NCBI GenBank assembly: GCA_038225275.1 | Contig: JBBREY010000001.1 | Location: 2,408 to 66,407 of the forward strand | Length of the DNA: 64,000 bases | Reading direction: 5' to 3' | Source: Chitinophagales bacterium | GTDB taxonomy: Bacteria; Bacteroidota; Bacteroidia; Chitinophagales; Chitinophagaceae | Shown: piece by piece, positions 37,550-47,534 of the stretch | Layout: the number at the start of each line of letters is the position of its first letter | Position numbering within the stretch: position 1 is the stretch's first letter | The notes under the pieces: generated by a model | Told to the model about the DNA's origin: nothing | The model's input: only the letters and a program-made list of their open reading frames with translations | Databases searched by the model: none | Made by a program: the position numbers and the translations under genes

Positions 37550-38639
37550 TTAAACTTCTTCCTTCTCAGCCATTAAATATGCTTTTATAAATCCATCAAT
37601 TTCACCATCCATTATCGGTCCCACGTTTCCTACTTCATAGTCTGTCCTATGGTCTTTTATCATTTTATAAGGATGAAAAACATACGAACGTATCTGGCTT
37701 CCCCACTCTATCTTTTTCTTCTTGCTGTTGGCAGCATCTTTTATTTCGTTGCGCTTTTGTAATTCTATTTCGTACAAACGGCTTTTCAGCATTTGCATGG
37801 CAAGTTCCCTGTTTCCAAGCTGGCTCCTATCCTGCTGACAAACCACCACGATTCCTGTAGGAATATGTGTCAACATTACTTTCGTCTCAACTTTGTTTAC
37901 ATTCTGGCCACCTGCGCCACCACTACGAGAGGTTTCCATTTTCACATCTGCAGGGTTTATATCTATCACAATAGAATCATCTACTAAAGGATACACATTT
38001 ACACTTACAAAACTTGTGTGCCTGCGTGCAGCACTGTCAAATGGCGAAATTCTCACTAGTCTATGAACGCCACTTTCACCCTTTAAAAATCCGTAAGCAA
38101 ACGGGCCTTCAAATTTATAAGTACAGGTTTTTATACCTGCCCCATCGCCCCATTGCCAATCCATTTCTGTTACAGTCCATCCTTGTTTTTCGCCATACAT
38201 TCTAAACATACGGGCAAGCATTTCTGCCCAGTCCTGGCTCTCCGTTCCGCCTGCGCCACTGTTAATTTGCAGCATAGCCGGCAACTCATCCTCCGGCTCG
38301 TTCAGCGTGCTTTTAAATTCCGCTTCCTCTACTTTTGCAACCGCATCATCAAAGGCTTCTCTTACTTCTTCTTCGGCAATATCTCCGGCTTTCCAAAACT
38401 CAAATAGCACTGCAAAATCTTCCACGGCAGTTTCTACTGCGTAATACATATTTACCCAGTACTCATTTACTTTTGTCTCCTTTAAAATGGAAGTTGCCCT
38501 GGCATTATCATCCCAAAAGCCCGGCGAAAGTGACAATTGTTTGTCATTTGCAATTTTTGATTCTCGGTTTTCTACGTCAAAGAAATCTCCTCAAAACCAT
38601 TGTACGGTCTCGAAGAGCCTTTATTTGTTCTATTGTCAT
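37550..38639 (-). CDS. prfB: Peptide chain release factor 2 with programmed +1 frameshift
   Basis: ATG 38639 [20 protein letters not shown], then CTT-TGA-C (38582-38576). The +1 frame continues DVENRESK... into the ORF with SPF and GGQ motifs. Confidence 0.95.
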
Positions 38640-38664
38640 GCGGCAAAAATAATGGATATTAATT

Positions 38665-38698
38665 AGAGGTGACATATTTTCAAAAAGATGTCACCTCT
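38665..38698. repeat. 11-bp inverted repeat between the divergent prfB and hddA genes
   Basis: AGAGGTGACAT-N12-ATGTCACCTCT. Confidence 0.7.
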
Positions 38699-38745
38699 TG
38701 CACCTCTAAATAATATTTGTACATTACCGCACCTAAAATAATAAC

Positions 38746-39771
38746 ATGATTTTTCGTAGCAAAGCGCCCTTGCGCATTGGTCTTGCAGGTGGCGGTACAG
38801 ATGTGAGTCCTTATGCAGATTTATATGGTGGAGCTATTTTAAATGCCACCATTTCATTATTCGCTCATGCCTCTATTGAAATTTTATCGGAAAAAATTAT
38901 CGTGGTTGAAGCGGCAGACAGAAATGAAAAAGAAGAGTATGATTTCACTAAATCATTACCTATAAATGGCACGCTGGATTTAATAAAGGCAGTGTACAAC
39001 CGAATTCAAAAAGATTATCCTTTTCCGGAGCAGGGTTTTAAATTAACCAGCTTTGTAGATGCGCCTGCAGGTTCGGGATTAGGTACTTCGTCTACATTGG
39101 TGGTAGCGGTTTTGGGCGCCTTTGTAGAAATGCTAAAACTGCCTTTAGGCGATTATGATATTGCGCATTATGCATTCGATATTGAACGGAATGATCTGCA
39201 ACTTTCCGGCGGCAGACAAGACCAATACGCTGCAACATTTGGCGGCGTAAATTTTATGGAATTTTATAAAGAGGATAAAGTAATTGTAAATCCTTTGCGC
39301 ATTCATTCGCAATATTTACACGAGCTTGAAAATAATCTGTTGCTGTATTTTACAGCTACATCCAGAGAAAGTGCACACATCATAAATGAGCAGGTAAAAA
39401 ATGTAAAAGCCAACAATGAAAAAAGCATTGATGCCATGCACAATTTAAAAGAGCAGGCGCAAATGATGAAGGAAGCTTTGCTGCGGGGGAAAATAAATGA
39501 CATTGGCGGCATACTTGATTATGGGTTTTCTCAAAAAAGAAATATGGCGGCAAACATTAGTAACAGCAATATCGAAGCCATGTATGATGCAGCAAAAAAT
39601 GCAGGTGCATCTGGCGGAAAAATAAGTGGTGCTGGTGGCGGTGGCTTTATGATTTTTTATTGTCCTAGCAATACCAGATACGCTGTTAAAAATGCTTTAG
39701 AGCAGTTTGGCGGAGAAATAAAAAAGTACTCCTTTACAAAATATGGGCTTACAACCTGGACTGCAAAATAG
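38746..39771 (+). CDS. hddA: D-glycero-D-manno-heptose 7-phosphate kinase (GHMP kinase)
   Basis: APLRIGLAGGGTD, PAGSGLGTSS, GRQDQY, GGKISGAGGGGF; upstream of gmhA. Confidence 0.88.
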   Translation: MIFRSKAPLRIGLAGGGTDVSPYADLYGGAILNATISLFAHASIEILSEKIIVVEAADRNEKEEYDFTKSLPINGTLDLIKAVYNRIQKDYPFPEQGFKLTSFVDAPAGSGLGTSSTLVVAVLGAFVEMLKLPLGDYDIAHYAFDIERNDLQLSGGRQDQYAATFGGVNFMEFYKEDKVIVNPLRIHSQYLHELENNLLLYFTATSRESAHIINEQVKNVKANNEKSIDAMHNLKEQAQMMKEALLRGKINDIGGILDYGFSQKRNMAANISNSNIEAMYDAAKNAGASGGKISGAGGGGFMIFYCPSNTRYAVKNALEQFGGEIKKYSFTKYGLTTWTAK

Positions 39772-39810
39772 TTTTCGGGGCTGTGAAAATTGGAACTTAA
39801 TTCAATTATT

Positions 39811-39883
39811 GTTCGGGCTATGCGTTACAATCTTTTTATTCGCTGAAGCGATATAAAAAGGATTTCCACTTCTATCCCGCAGC
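39811..39883 (+). ncRNA. Flavo-1-like structured RNA / Bacteroidota intergenic repeat
   Basis: TCGGGCTATGCGTTAC-AATCTTTTTATTCGC-tgaa-GCGATATAAAAAGGATT-TCCACTTCTATCCCG: long hairpin with internal loops, closed by CGGG/CCCG. The family name is from recalled consensus, not a search. Confidence 0.55.
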
Positions 39884-39975
39884 CATTCATCGTTAAATAT
39901 TAATTTAGCTTTACCCACTGCATCTGCCTTCGGCAACTATTTAATTATTCATAAATTTGCCTCACAATTACTTAC

Positions 39976-40548
39976 ATGAAAAACACCATTCGCAGCATTA
40001 TTCAGGCATCAATAGATACAAAGTTGGCAATTTTAAAGGATGAGAATATGATAGATGCTATTCATGCATCCGTGGAAAAAATTACAACCGCTTTTAAAAA
40101 TGGAAACAAAATTTTGTTTTGTGGCAATGGTGGCAGCGCTGCAGATGCACAACATCTGGCAGCAGAATTTAGCGGTCGTTTTTATAAAGACAGAGATGCC
40201 CTACCTGCCGAAGCACTGCATGTAAATACATCTTACATGACCGCCGTGGCAAACGATTACAGTTTTGATGTGGTGTATTCCCGAATGGTAAATGGCATTG
40301 GCAAAAAAGGAGATATATTAGTTGGTTTAAGCACATCTGGCAACAGTGTAAATATTTTAAAAGCAATAGAAACGGCAAAGGAAAAGGGAATGACCACAAT
40401 TGGTTTCACAGGTGAATCGGGTGGAAAAATGAAAAATGAATGTGATATTTTATTAAACGTACCATCAAAAGATACACCCCGCATTCAGGAAAGCCATATA
40501 CTTCTTGGTCATATAATTTGCCAGTTGGTAGAGGAACAATATTTTTAA
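39976..40548 (+). CDS. gmhA: Sedoheptulose 7-phosphate isomerase
   Basis: CGNGGSAADAQHLAAE, NDY, STSGNS, RIQESHI. Confidence 0.95.
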   Translation: MKNTIRSIIQASIDTKLAILKDENMIDAIHASVEKITTAFKNGNKILFCGNGGSAADAQHLAAEFSGRFYKDRDALPAEALHVNTSYMTAVANDYSFDVVYSRMVNGIGKKGDILVGLSTSGNSVNILKAIETAKEKGMTTIGFTGESGGKMKNECDILLNVPSKDTPRIQESHILLGHIICQLVEEQYF

Positions 40549-40575
40549 TCTTCATCATTTTTTTAAACTCATTTT

Positions 40576-41286
40576 TTGCTAATAAAAGAATGCATCATAC
40601 TTGCGGGTGGTCTTGGTAAACGTTTGCGCAGCGAAGTGGCAGACTTACCAAAATGTATGGCACCTGTTGCTGGCCAACCTTTTCTGCATTGGGTAATTAC
40701 TTATTTGCAATCGCAAGGAGTAACATCATTTATTTTCTCTCTTGGTTATATGCATGATGTTATTGAAGATTATATCAAATTAAATTATCCTGAACTGCAG
40801 GTGAAGTTTTCCGTTGAAAACGAACCACTTGGTACGGGCGGTGCTATTAAACTAGCCATGCAATTGTGCCAAGAAGAAAATGTTTTGGTAGTAAACGGTG
40901 ATACGTTATTTGAAACAAATAACGAACTTTTATGGTCCGAACATCATGAGGGCAACAGCACCTGCACCATTGCATTAAAACCAATGCAAAACTTTGACAG
41001 ATATGGCGCAGTTACAATAAATGAAAAACATATCATAACTGCTTTCACAGAAAAAAAATATATGGATGCAGGGCTTATTAATGGAGGTGTATATTTAATA
41101 AACCGATATATTTTTAATGAGATAAATTTTCCCGAAAAATTCTCTTTTGAAAAAGATTTTTTAGAGAAATATTTAGATACACTTACCATGATTGGCGTGG
41201 AAGATGATGGCTATTTTATTGACATTGGTATACCGGAAGATTTTAAAAAAGCCAACAAAGAAATAAAAGAAAAATACAATGCTTGA
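40576..41286 (+). CDS. hddC: Heptose 1-phosphate guanylyltransferase (nucleotidyltransferase)
   Basis: ILAGGLGKRLR..V.DLPKCM, EPLGTGGA, NGDT, FIDIGIPED; TTG start; cassette context. Confidence 0.82.
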   Translation: MLIKECIILAGGLGKRLRSEVADLPKCMAPVAGQPFLHWVITYLQSQGVTSFIFSLGYMHDVIEDYIKLNYPELQVKFSVENEPLGTGGAIKLAMQLCQEENVLVVNGDTLFETNNELLWSEHHEGNSTCTIALKPMQNFDRYGAVTINEKHIITAFTEKKYMDAGLINGGVYLINRYIFNEINFPEKFSFEKDFLEKYLDTLTMIGVEDDGYFIDIGIPEDFKKANKEIKEKYNA

Positions 41287-41830
41287 TTTAAAAGATATTG
41301 ATAAAGAATGGACCTTGTTTTTGGACAGAGATGGCGTAATAAATTATGAAAAAGCCAACGATTATATTCATACATGGAATGAATTTAAATTTTATGAAGG
41401 CGTTGTGGAAGCCATGGCAATCTTCTCAAAAAAATTTAAACATATTGTTGTGGTTACCAACCAAAGAGGAATTGGCAAAGGCATAACTAAAGAAGAAGAT
41501 TTGTTATTTCTTCACAAAAAAATGAAAACCACCGTTGAGGAAAACGGTGGTAGAATAGATGCCATTTATTATTGTAAGGATGTTGACAGCAGTAGCCCAT
41601 GCAGAAAACCCAATACGGGCATGGGACTACAGGCAGTAAAAGATATCCCAACAATAAATCTTGCAAAAGCGTTAATGATTGGCAACACACTTAGCGATAT
41701 GAACTTTGGCAAAAACCTTGGTATTTCAACTATTTTTTTACCCACTACAAGACCAGAAGTAGATTTGAATGATGAACATATTGATGCAGTTTTTCCATCA
41801 TTAATTTCGTTTGCTAGCACACTGTTGTAA
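41279..41830 (+). CDS. gmhB: Heptose 1,7-bisphosphate phosphatase (HAD-IIIA)
   Basis: LFLDRDGVIN, VTNQRG, CRKP; cassette context. Confidence 0.85.
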   Translation: MLDLKDIDKEWTLFLDRDGVINYEKANDYIHTWNEFKFYEGVVEAMAIFSKKFKHIVVVTNQRGIGKGITKEEDLLFLHKKMKTTVEENGGRIDAIYYCKDVDSSSPCRKPNTGMGLQAVKDIPTINLAKALMIGNTLSDMNFGKNLGISTIFLPTTRPEVDLNDEHIDAVFPSLISFASTLL

Positions 41831-41901
41831 GTTTTCGTTAAAGAATTGAATATGCTCGCCAAGGGAAGATGCAATAGGATTTGATTTAATATATTTATGG
41901 T

Positions 41902-42846
41902 ATGAAAATTTGGGCATCTCTAATAGTTTTACTTTTTGCTACTTCTAACCTATCTGCACAACAAATAACTTCTGCAGATAAAATATTTTTACTTAAAAAA
42001 GAAGACTCTTTAAAAACAGTAGGATTAAAAATAGTTCAAGGCAGAGATGCGTCCGATCGTTTTTTTGCAGACAGTGCGTTTACCAGAATATTTGTTCGTG
42101 CATTAAGAACGAAAAACTCTTTTAATTATCCCTTTGATTCAATTATAAATATTTCCAAATTATATGCGCCAGACAGCTCATTTAAAATTTTCACCTGGCA
42201 GTTAATGATCAATGAAAATACCATCAGACAGCACGGAGCTATACAAATGAAAACTGCAGATGGGTCTTTTAAAGTATTTCCTTTAATTGACAAATCAGAT
42301 GTCACCATCAACCAAACCGATACCATTGCTGATAACAATGGCTGGCAGGGCGCTGTGTATTACAAAATCATACAAAAAGAATACAAAGGAGAAACGTTCT
42401 ACACCTTACTTGGCTTTGATGAAAACAACATCAAAAGCGATAAAAAAATAATGGATGTTTTGCAATTTGTAAATGGCAAACCGGTTTTTGGCAACAAACT
42501 TTTTGTAATGGAAAACAGTAATGGCTATCAAAAAGAAATGGCACGTTACATTTTGGAATATAAAAAAGAAGCCGCTGCAAGACTTACATTTGATGAAGAC
42601 CTTGGAGCTGTGGTTTTCGATGAATTATCTTCTGAGAGTGATACGCCAAACAAAAAATGGACATTGGTGCCAGATGGTGAGTACAATGGCTTTTTATGGA
42701 AAAACGGAAAATGGGTTATGACTACCAACCTTTTCGCAGGTGCACCTCCAAAAAAATATTCTGCAGAAAAAACAATTAGAGATGCAAAAGGAACAATAGA
42801 CGAAACAAAAATGAAAGGTGGAGAACCGGATATCAAAGTCCCATAG
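41902..42846 (+). CDS. Secreted hypothetical protein
   Basis: Signal peptide; 314-aa ORF with ordinary codon usage; no function recognised. Confidence 0.75.
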   Translation: MKIWASLIVLLFATSNLSAQQITSADKIFLLKKEDSLKTVGLKIVQGRDASDRFFADSAFTRIFVRALRTKNSFNYPFDSIINISKLYAPDSSFKIFTWQLMINENTIRQHGAIQMKTADGSFKVFPLIDKSDVTINQTDTIADNNGWQGAVYYKIIQKEYKGETFYTLLGFDENNIKSDKKIMDVLQFVNGKPVFGNKLFVMENSNGYQKEMARYILEYKKEAAARLTFDEDLGAVVFDELSSESDTPNKKWTLVPDGEYNGFLWKNGKWVMTTNLFAGAPPKKYSAEKTIRDAKGTIDETKMKGGEPDIKVP

Positions 42847-42890
42847 TATTCATTGTGATGAAAATATAAAAACTTAGAAAATTATAAAGA

Positions 42891-43430
42891 ATGGCTGAAA
42901 ATATAGAAGTGGCAATTTTAGGAAACGGTTGTTTCTGGTGTACAGAAGCGGTTTTTCAACTGGTGAAAGGGGTAACAAAAGTAGAAAGTGGATATAGCGG
43001 AGGTGACACTGAAAATCCAACATACAAAGATATTTGCACAGGCACCACCAACCACGCCGAATGTTTAAGAATATCTTTTGACAGCAATATAATTTCTTAC
43101 GCAGATGTTTTAAAAGTTTTTTGGGAATCGCATGACCCCACCACAATGAATAGACAAGGAAATGATGTAGGTACACAATATAGAAGTGTAGTCTTTTACT
43201 TAGATGAACATCAAAAAGAAATTGCAGAAGATTTTAAAAAGCAATTAAATGAGTCGGCGAAATTTAGCAACCCAATCGTTACTTTAATAGAGCCTGCCAC
43301 AACTTTTTATGTTGCGGAAGATTATCACCAAAACTATTACAATAACAACGGCAGTGCAGCCTATTGTCAATTTGTAGTTAGGCCAAAGGTTGAAAAATAC
43401 ATAAAAACACTTTCTCAAATACATAGTTAA
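42891..43430 (+). CDS. msrA: Peptide methionine (S)-sulfoxide reductase
   Basis: GCFWC, SGYSGG, HDPT..NRQGNDVGTQYRS, AEDYHQNY. Confidence 0.96.
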   Translation: MAENIEVAILGNGCFWCTEAVFQLVKGVTKVESGYSGGDTENPTYKDICTGTTNHAECLRISFDSNIISYADVLKVFWESHDPTTMNRQGNDVGTQYRSVVFYLDEHQKEIAEDFKKQLNESAKFSNPIVTLIEPATTFYVAEDYHQNYYNNNGSAAYCQFVVRPKVEKYIKTLSQIHS

Positions 43431-43580
43431 TTATGTCTATGTTAAATAATTTTTAATACTTTCGCAACAACCCCGCCGTAAATACTGCGGTGATCCACAA
43501 ATAAATCGTCCAACTTTCCTTTTAAAAAATCATTCCTCATAACCTGTGAGCCTTTTTTTTAATTTAAAAAATAAAAAAAG

Positions 43581-45761
43581 ATGCTTACGCACAAAAATTA
43601 TTTTGCGCTATTTATAGGGTTATCTTCATTATTATGCCCCTGCGCAAAAGGTCAAGGCATAAGGCCGTTCACTCCAATATTTTCTCAAAATATAAAAGGT
43701 GCAACAACCATTTTTGGAAATACAAGCATGCAGATCATTGACAACTCAACTGCCAATCTTGTTAAAATGAATGAAAGCGGAAATCCAGACAATGGAGTTG
43801 GTGGGATAGGCTTCAGCCAGTATGGAAACGATGAAGAAAATATGCAGCCTGTAATAACAGACTTTCAAATTCCAATTTTAAATGTGATACCAGCGGGAGA
43901 CACATGGAATTACAATTTTCCTAATAGTGATTTGGGAAACAGTTGGCAAACGCTGAATAATCCCACAGGCAATTGGATAAATTTAAATGCAAGTTTTGGA
44001 TATAACCGTAACCAAAACACTACCATAACCCATGCTACTACAAATTATTTTTTAAAAACAATAACTCTTGCTACACCGGGTTTATATAGCACCTTCGATT
44101 TCTCAATAAGTTATGATGATGCTGCTATTATTTATGTAAATGGTACTGAAGTTAAAAGACTAAATATGCCGTCAGGAACTATCAATAATAACACCCCAGC
44201 ACTTATCGCAAATTTTTCCATGTGGGACGGATTCTCTATCCCTTCATCTTATTTCCATGCAGGAGATAATATTATTGCTGTAGAAATTCATCAAATTACG
44301 CCAAACAGCAATACTTGTTTTTTTGATATGAAACTTGCTGCTACGCCCGCTTATACTTCTAATTCATCTACTGCAGATTTGGTTTTACCTGCAGGTACAA
44401 ATACCATCAAATATGCCCGCTTATATTGGGGCGGTAAAATATCAAATTCCATTTTAAATGCATATCCTGATACGCTTAAAAAAATTAAAATAAGAAAAGG
44501 TACATCGGGCGTGTATACTGATTTGGTTTCAGCATATGCTGCCGATACCTATTTGGTAAATGGTTCAACAACTGCATACCAATCTTATGTAGATGTAAAA
44601 AGTTTTATTCAAGACAATGGTGCAGGAACTTATAGCATTGCAGAAATACCGATGCTAGAAGGCTCAGCAGGTTATGGTGGAAATTATGCGGGTTGGTGCA
44701 TTGTAATAGCATATGAAAATAATTCATTGCCGCTTAATAGTGTACGAATCTATGATGGATTTTCGCAGGTTTACAATAATGGAAATTCTATCAGTCAAAC
44801 TGTAACCCTCACCGGGCTAAATGTACCAAGCAACACACTTACTTTAAGGGATGCAGTTTTAAGTGTAATGGCATGGGAAGGTGATGCAAATATATCTTCA
44901 TCACCATCAAGCCCATCTGGAGATTATCTAAAAATTAATGGCGTTACGGTTAGCAACACGGCCAACCCTGCAACCAACTTTTTTAATGGCAGCATTTCTA
45001 AAAACGGGGCTTTTGTAAATTCTAAAAATCCAGATTTTGCAAACCAAATGGGCATTGATATAGATGAACTAGAAGTTGGAACCGGATATGGCATATTACC
45101 AAATGCAAAAGAGATAGAGCTTGAATTTGGAACAGAGGCTGACAGATATTTACCTGGCGTTTTTGCTTTTACTGTAAAACTGGCAAGTCCTGAAAGTGGT
45201 CCCCTTCCTGTAAAATTGATTTCTTTTTCGGCAGTTTTAAAAGATAAGGTCAGTTATTTAACCTGGAATACCGAAAATGAACTAAACAATAAATACTTTG
45301 ATGTAGAGAGAAGCGAAGATGGCATCCACTTTAAAAAAATAGGCTTAGTTAACGGCCAAGGAACCACTTCAATTGCACAATTTTATCAGTTCAATGATTC
45401 ATTGAATACGACCGCATCGGTGATTTATTATCGTCTTAAAATTGTTGATTTAGACGGGAATTATAGCTATTCTAAGATTGTTCCTTTAAGGATGACTGGA
45501 ATATTAAATGACCATATTTCAATTTATCCAAATCCATTTGTTGACAATTTTAAAATCTCTTTAAATATGCCTCAAGATGAAAATGTGCAGTTTCGCATGT
45601 TGTCATTTGATGGAAAAGAAATCTTTAAGAGAAGAAGTTTTGTACAAAAAGGAGCAAATATTATCGAGGTAAATGATCTTGGGCAAATTTCATCTGGTAA
45701 TTATATTTTAGAAGTAATGGCGAGAAGGGAAACGTACATAAAGAAAATAATAAAGAAATAA
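43581..45761 (+). CDS. T9SS type A cargo protein (adhesin-like domain with an inserted beta-sandwich)
   Basis: Signal peptide; NSSTADL..ARLYWGG..YQSYVDV..GGNYAGW; PLPVKLISF...YYRLK; IYPNP...KKIIKK CTD. Confidence 0.85.
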   Translation: MLTHKNYFALFIGLSSLLCPCAKGQGIRPFTPIFSQNIKGATTIFGNTSMQIIDNSTANLVKMNESGNPDNGVGGIGFSQYGNDEENMQPVITDFQIPILNVIPAGDTWNYNFPNSDLGNSWQTLNNPTGNWINLNASFGYNRNQNTTITHATTNYFLKTITLATPGLYSTFDFSISYDDAAIIYVNGTEVKRLNMPSGTINNNTPALIANFSMWDGFSIPSSYFHAGDNIIAVEIHQITPNSNTCFFDMKLAATPAYTSNSSTADLVLPAGTNTIKYARLYWGGKISNSILNAYPDTLKKIKIRKGTSGVYTDLVSAYAADTYLVNGSTTAYQSYVDVKSFIQDNGAGTYSIAEIPMLEGSAGYGGNYAGWCIVIAYENNSLPLNSVRIYDGFSQVYNNGNSISQTVTLTGLNVPSNTLTLRDAVLSVMAWEGDANISSSPSSPSGDYLKINGVTVSNTANPATNFFNGSISKNGAFVNSKNPDFANQMGIDIDELEVGTGYGILPNAKEIELEFGTEADRYLPGVFAFTVKLASPESGPLPVKLISFSAVLKDKVSYLTWNTENELNNKYFDVERSEDGIHFKKIGLVNGQGTTSIAQFYQFNDSLNTTASVIYYRLKIVDLDGNYSYSKIVPLRMTGILNDHISIYPNPFVDNFKISLNMPQDENVQFRMLSFDGKEIFKRRSFVQKGANIIEVNDLGQISSGNYILEVMARRETYIKKIIKK

Positions 45762-45815
45762 TTCAATGAAGTGTATATTAAAAACTAATACCTAACGTTT
45801 TCGCTAATTTCATTT

Positions 45816-47426
45816 TTATTTATTCACCCGCCTCAACTCTAACATGTTTAAACTGTTGGGCACAAAGTTTTTTATATTTTTTTGAACAAGATGAATTGCT
45901 TCATCATACCAAAGCGGAACTACTGGCGCATTTGCAATAACAATCTTATCCATTTGTTGGTATGCTTCGTAACGCAAGCTGTCGTTGGTTTGTGACAGCG
46001 CACTTTCGTAAAGCTTATCAAATGCAGCATTGTTAAACCGGGTATAATTAGGCGGTGCCGGATTTTTACTGTAGAAAACACTCAAATAATTTTCAGCGTC
46101 AGGGTAATCGGCAATCCAACTTCCCCTAAAAAAAAGCGCCTGCGATTTTGATGTTTGCTCAAGCAATAAGCTTTTCTGCATGGCCTCTACTTTTACTGTA
46201 ATGCCAATCTGCTTTAATTCGTTTGCCACATAGCTAGCAAGGTTAGCATAAATGGGAATGGTAAGTAATTTTATTTCAGGTAAGTTTAAGCCATTTGCAA
46301 AACCGGCATCCGCTAATAACCGTCTTGCTTTTATTGGATCATAAAAATAACCCTTCACATTTTCTTTATTAAATGATGGTAATCCCTGAGGTACAAAACC
46401 GCTTACTGCAGCCGTTCCAATAGAATTCCTAACATACAACATCATCTTCTGCCTGTCAATCCCATAATTTATGGCCTGCCTTATTTGCAAAAGTCTCAAC
46501 GGTGAATTTTTTACAATTAGATTGTTTGTATCTGTCAGTATTCCAAAAAATTCTATATTCAAATAAGGATGTTTTTGCAGGTCGATTTTCTCCTTCCATT
46601 CAGGCTTTAAATTGCCCGTTTTAGAAAGTATTTCATCTTTAAAAGACGGATCTATGTCATTTATAAAATCAAGTCTGCCCTGTTGAAATTCTAAAAACTC
46701 TGTTGCCTTACTGTCGTAAAAATTTATTTTTATTCCGTCTAAATATGGGAGCGATTTACCCTCATTATCCTTCTCGAAATAATTATTATTCTTTTTTAAT
46801 ACAAGCGCTTGACCCTCCTCCCAGGCCACAAAAGCAAATGGTCCGGTACCAACGGGGTGTCGCCTAAATTCGTTTCCGTATTTTTCTACAGCCTCATGCG
46901 GAATGATGGAACAATACTGCATGCTTAAGATACCTAGAATGGGTTGAAAGGGTGCTCTCAGTTTTATTTGAAAAGTAGAATCATTAATTGCCGTAAAAGG
47001 ATTGTTTTCGGCAACTCGGTTATTAAAAATCCATGATCCCGGGCTTGCAGTACTTTTGTTTATAATTCTATTAAAACTATATGCAACATCTGGTGCTATT
47101 AGCTTGCGGCCACCTGCATTTTTAAAACATTTATCATTCTGAAAATAAAGATCATTGCGAATTTGAAAAGTAATGGTTTTATTACTATCACTAAATTGCC
47201 ACGATGAAGCTAATGAAGGCTTCAACTGCATATTACTATCAACCTCTATTAAAGTATTATATAGCTGATGAACAGCCCACATGATAGACTGGTTTTTTGC
47301 AAAAGCAGGATCTAAGGAAGCTATTCCACTAGTTTCGTTGTACCTGAATATTTTTTTATCCGGATGGTTATGGTCATTACATGAGAAAAATAAAAGGATA
47401 AAGATGCAACATGGCAAAAAAAACAT
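45816..47426 (-). CDS. ABC transporter substrate-binding lipoprotein, family 5 (peptide/nickel)
   Basis: Lipobox FFSC; SLDPA, PVGTGPF, RQAINYGIDR, WIADYPD. The start may instead be 47471. Confidence 0.88.
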   Translation of the reverse strand: MFFLPCCIFILLFFSCNDHNHPDKKIFRYNETSGIASLDPAFAKNQSIMWAVHQLYNTLIEVDSNMQLKPSLASSWQFSDSNKTITFQIRNDLYFQNDKCFKNAGGRKLIAPDVAYSFNRIINKSTASPGSWIFNNRVAENNPFTAINDSTFQIKLRAPFQPILGILSMQYCSIIPHEAVEKYGNEFRRHPVGTGPFAFVAWEEGQALVLKKNNNYFEKDNEGKSLPYLDGIKINFYDSKATEFLEFQQGRLDFINDIDPSFKDEILSKTGNLKPEWKEKIDLQKHPYLNIEFFGILTDTNNLIVKNSPLRLLQIRQAINYGIDRQKMMLYVRNSIGTAAVSGFVPQGLPSFNKENVKGYFYDPIKARRLLADAGFANGLNLPEIKLLTIPIYANLASYVANELKQIGITVKVEAMQKSLLLEQTSKSQALFFRGSWIADYPDAENYLSVFYSKNPAPPNYTRFNNAAFDKLYESALSQTNDSLRYEAYQQMDKIVIANAPVVPLWYDEAIHLVQKNIKNFVPNSLNMLELRRVNK

Positions 47427-47534
47427 CTTTCTTCTAGTGTATAAATAACTTTTTTTTATGCGATGTACCATTAAAACAAATTTATACTTTCGGTTGCTTT
47501 AAACGTCATAATTTAGATTATAAAAAAAATTAGC

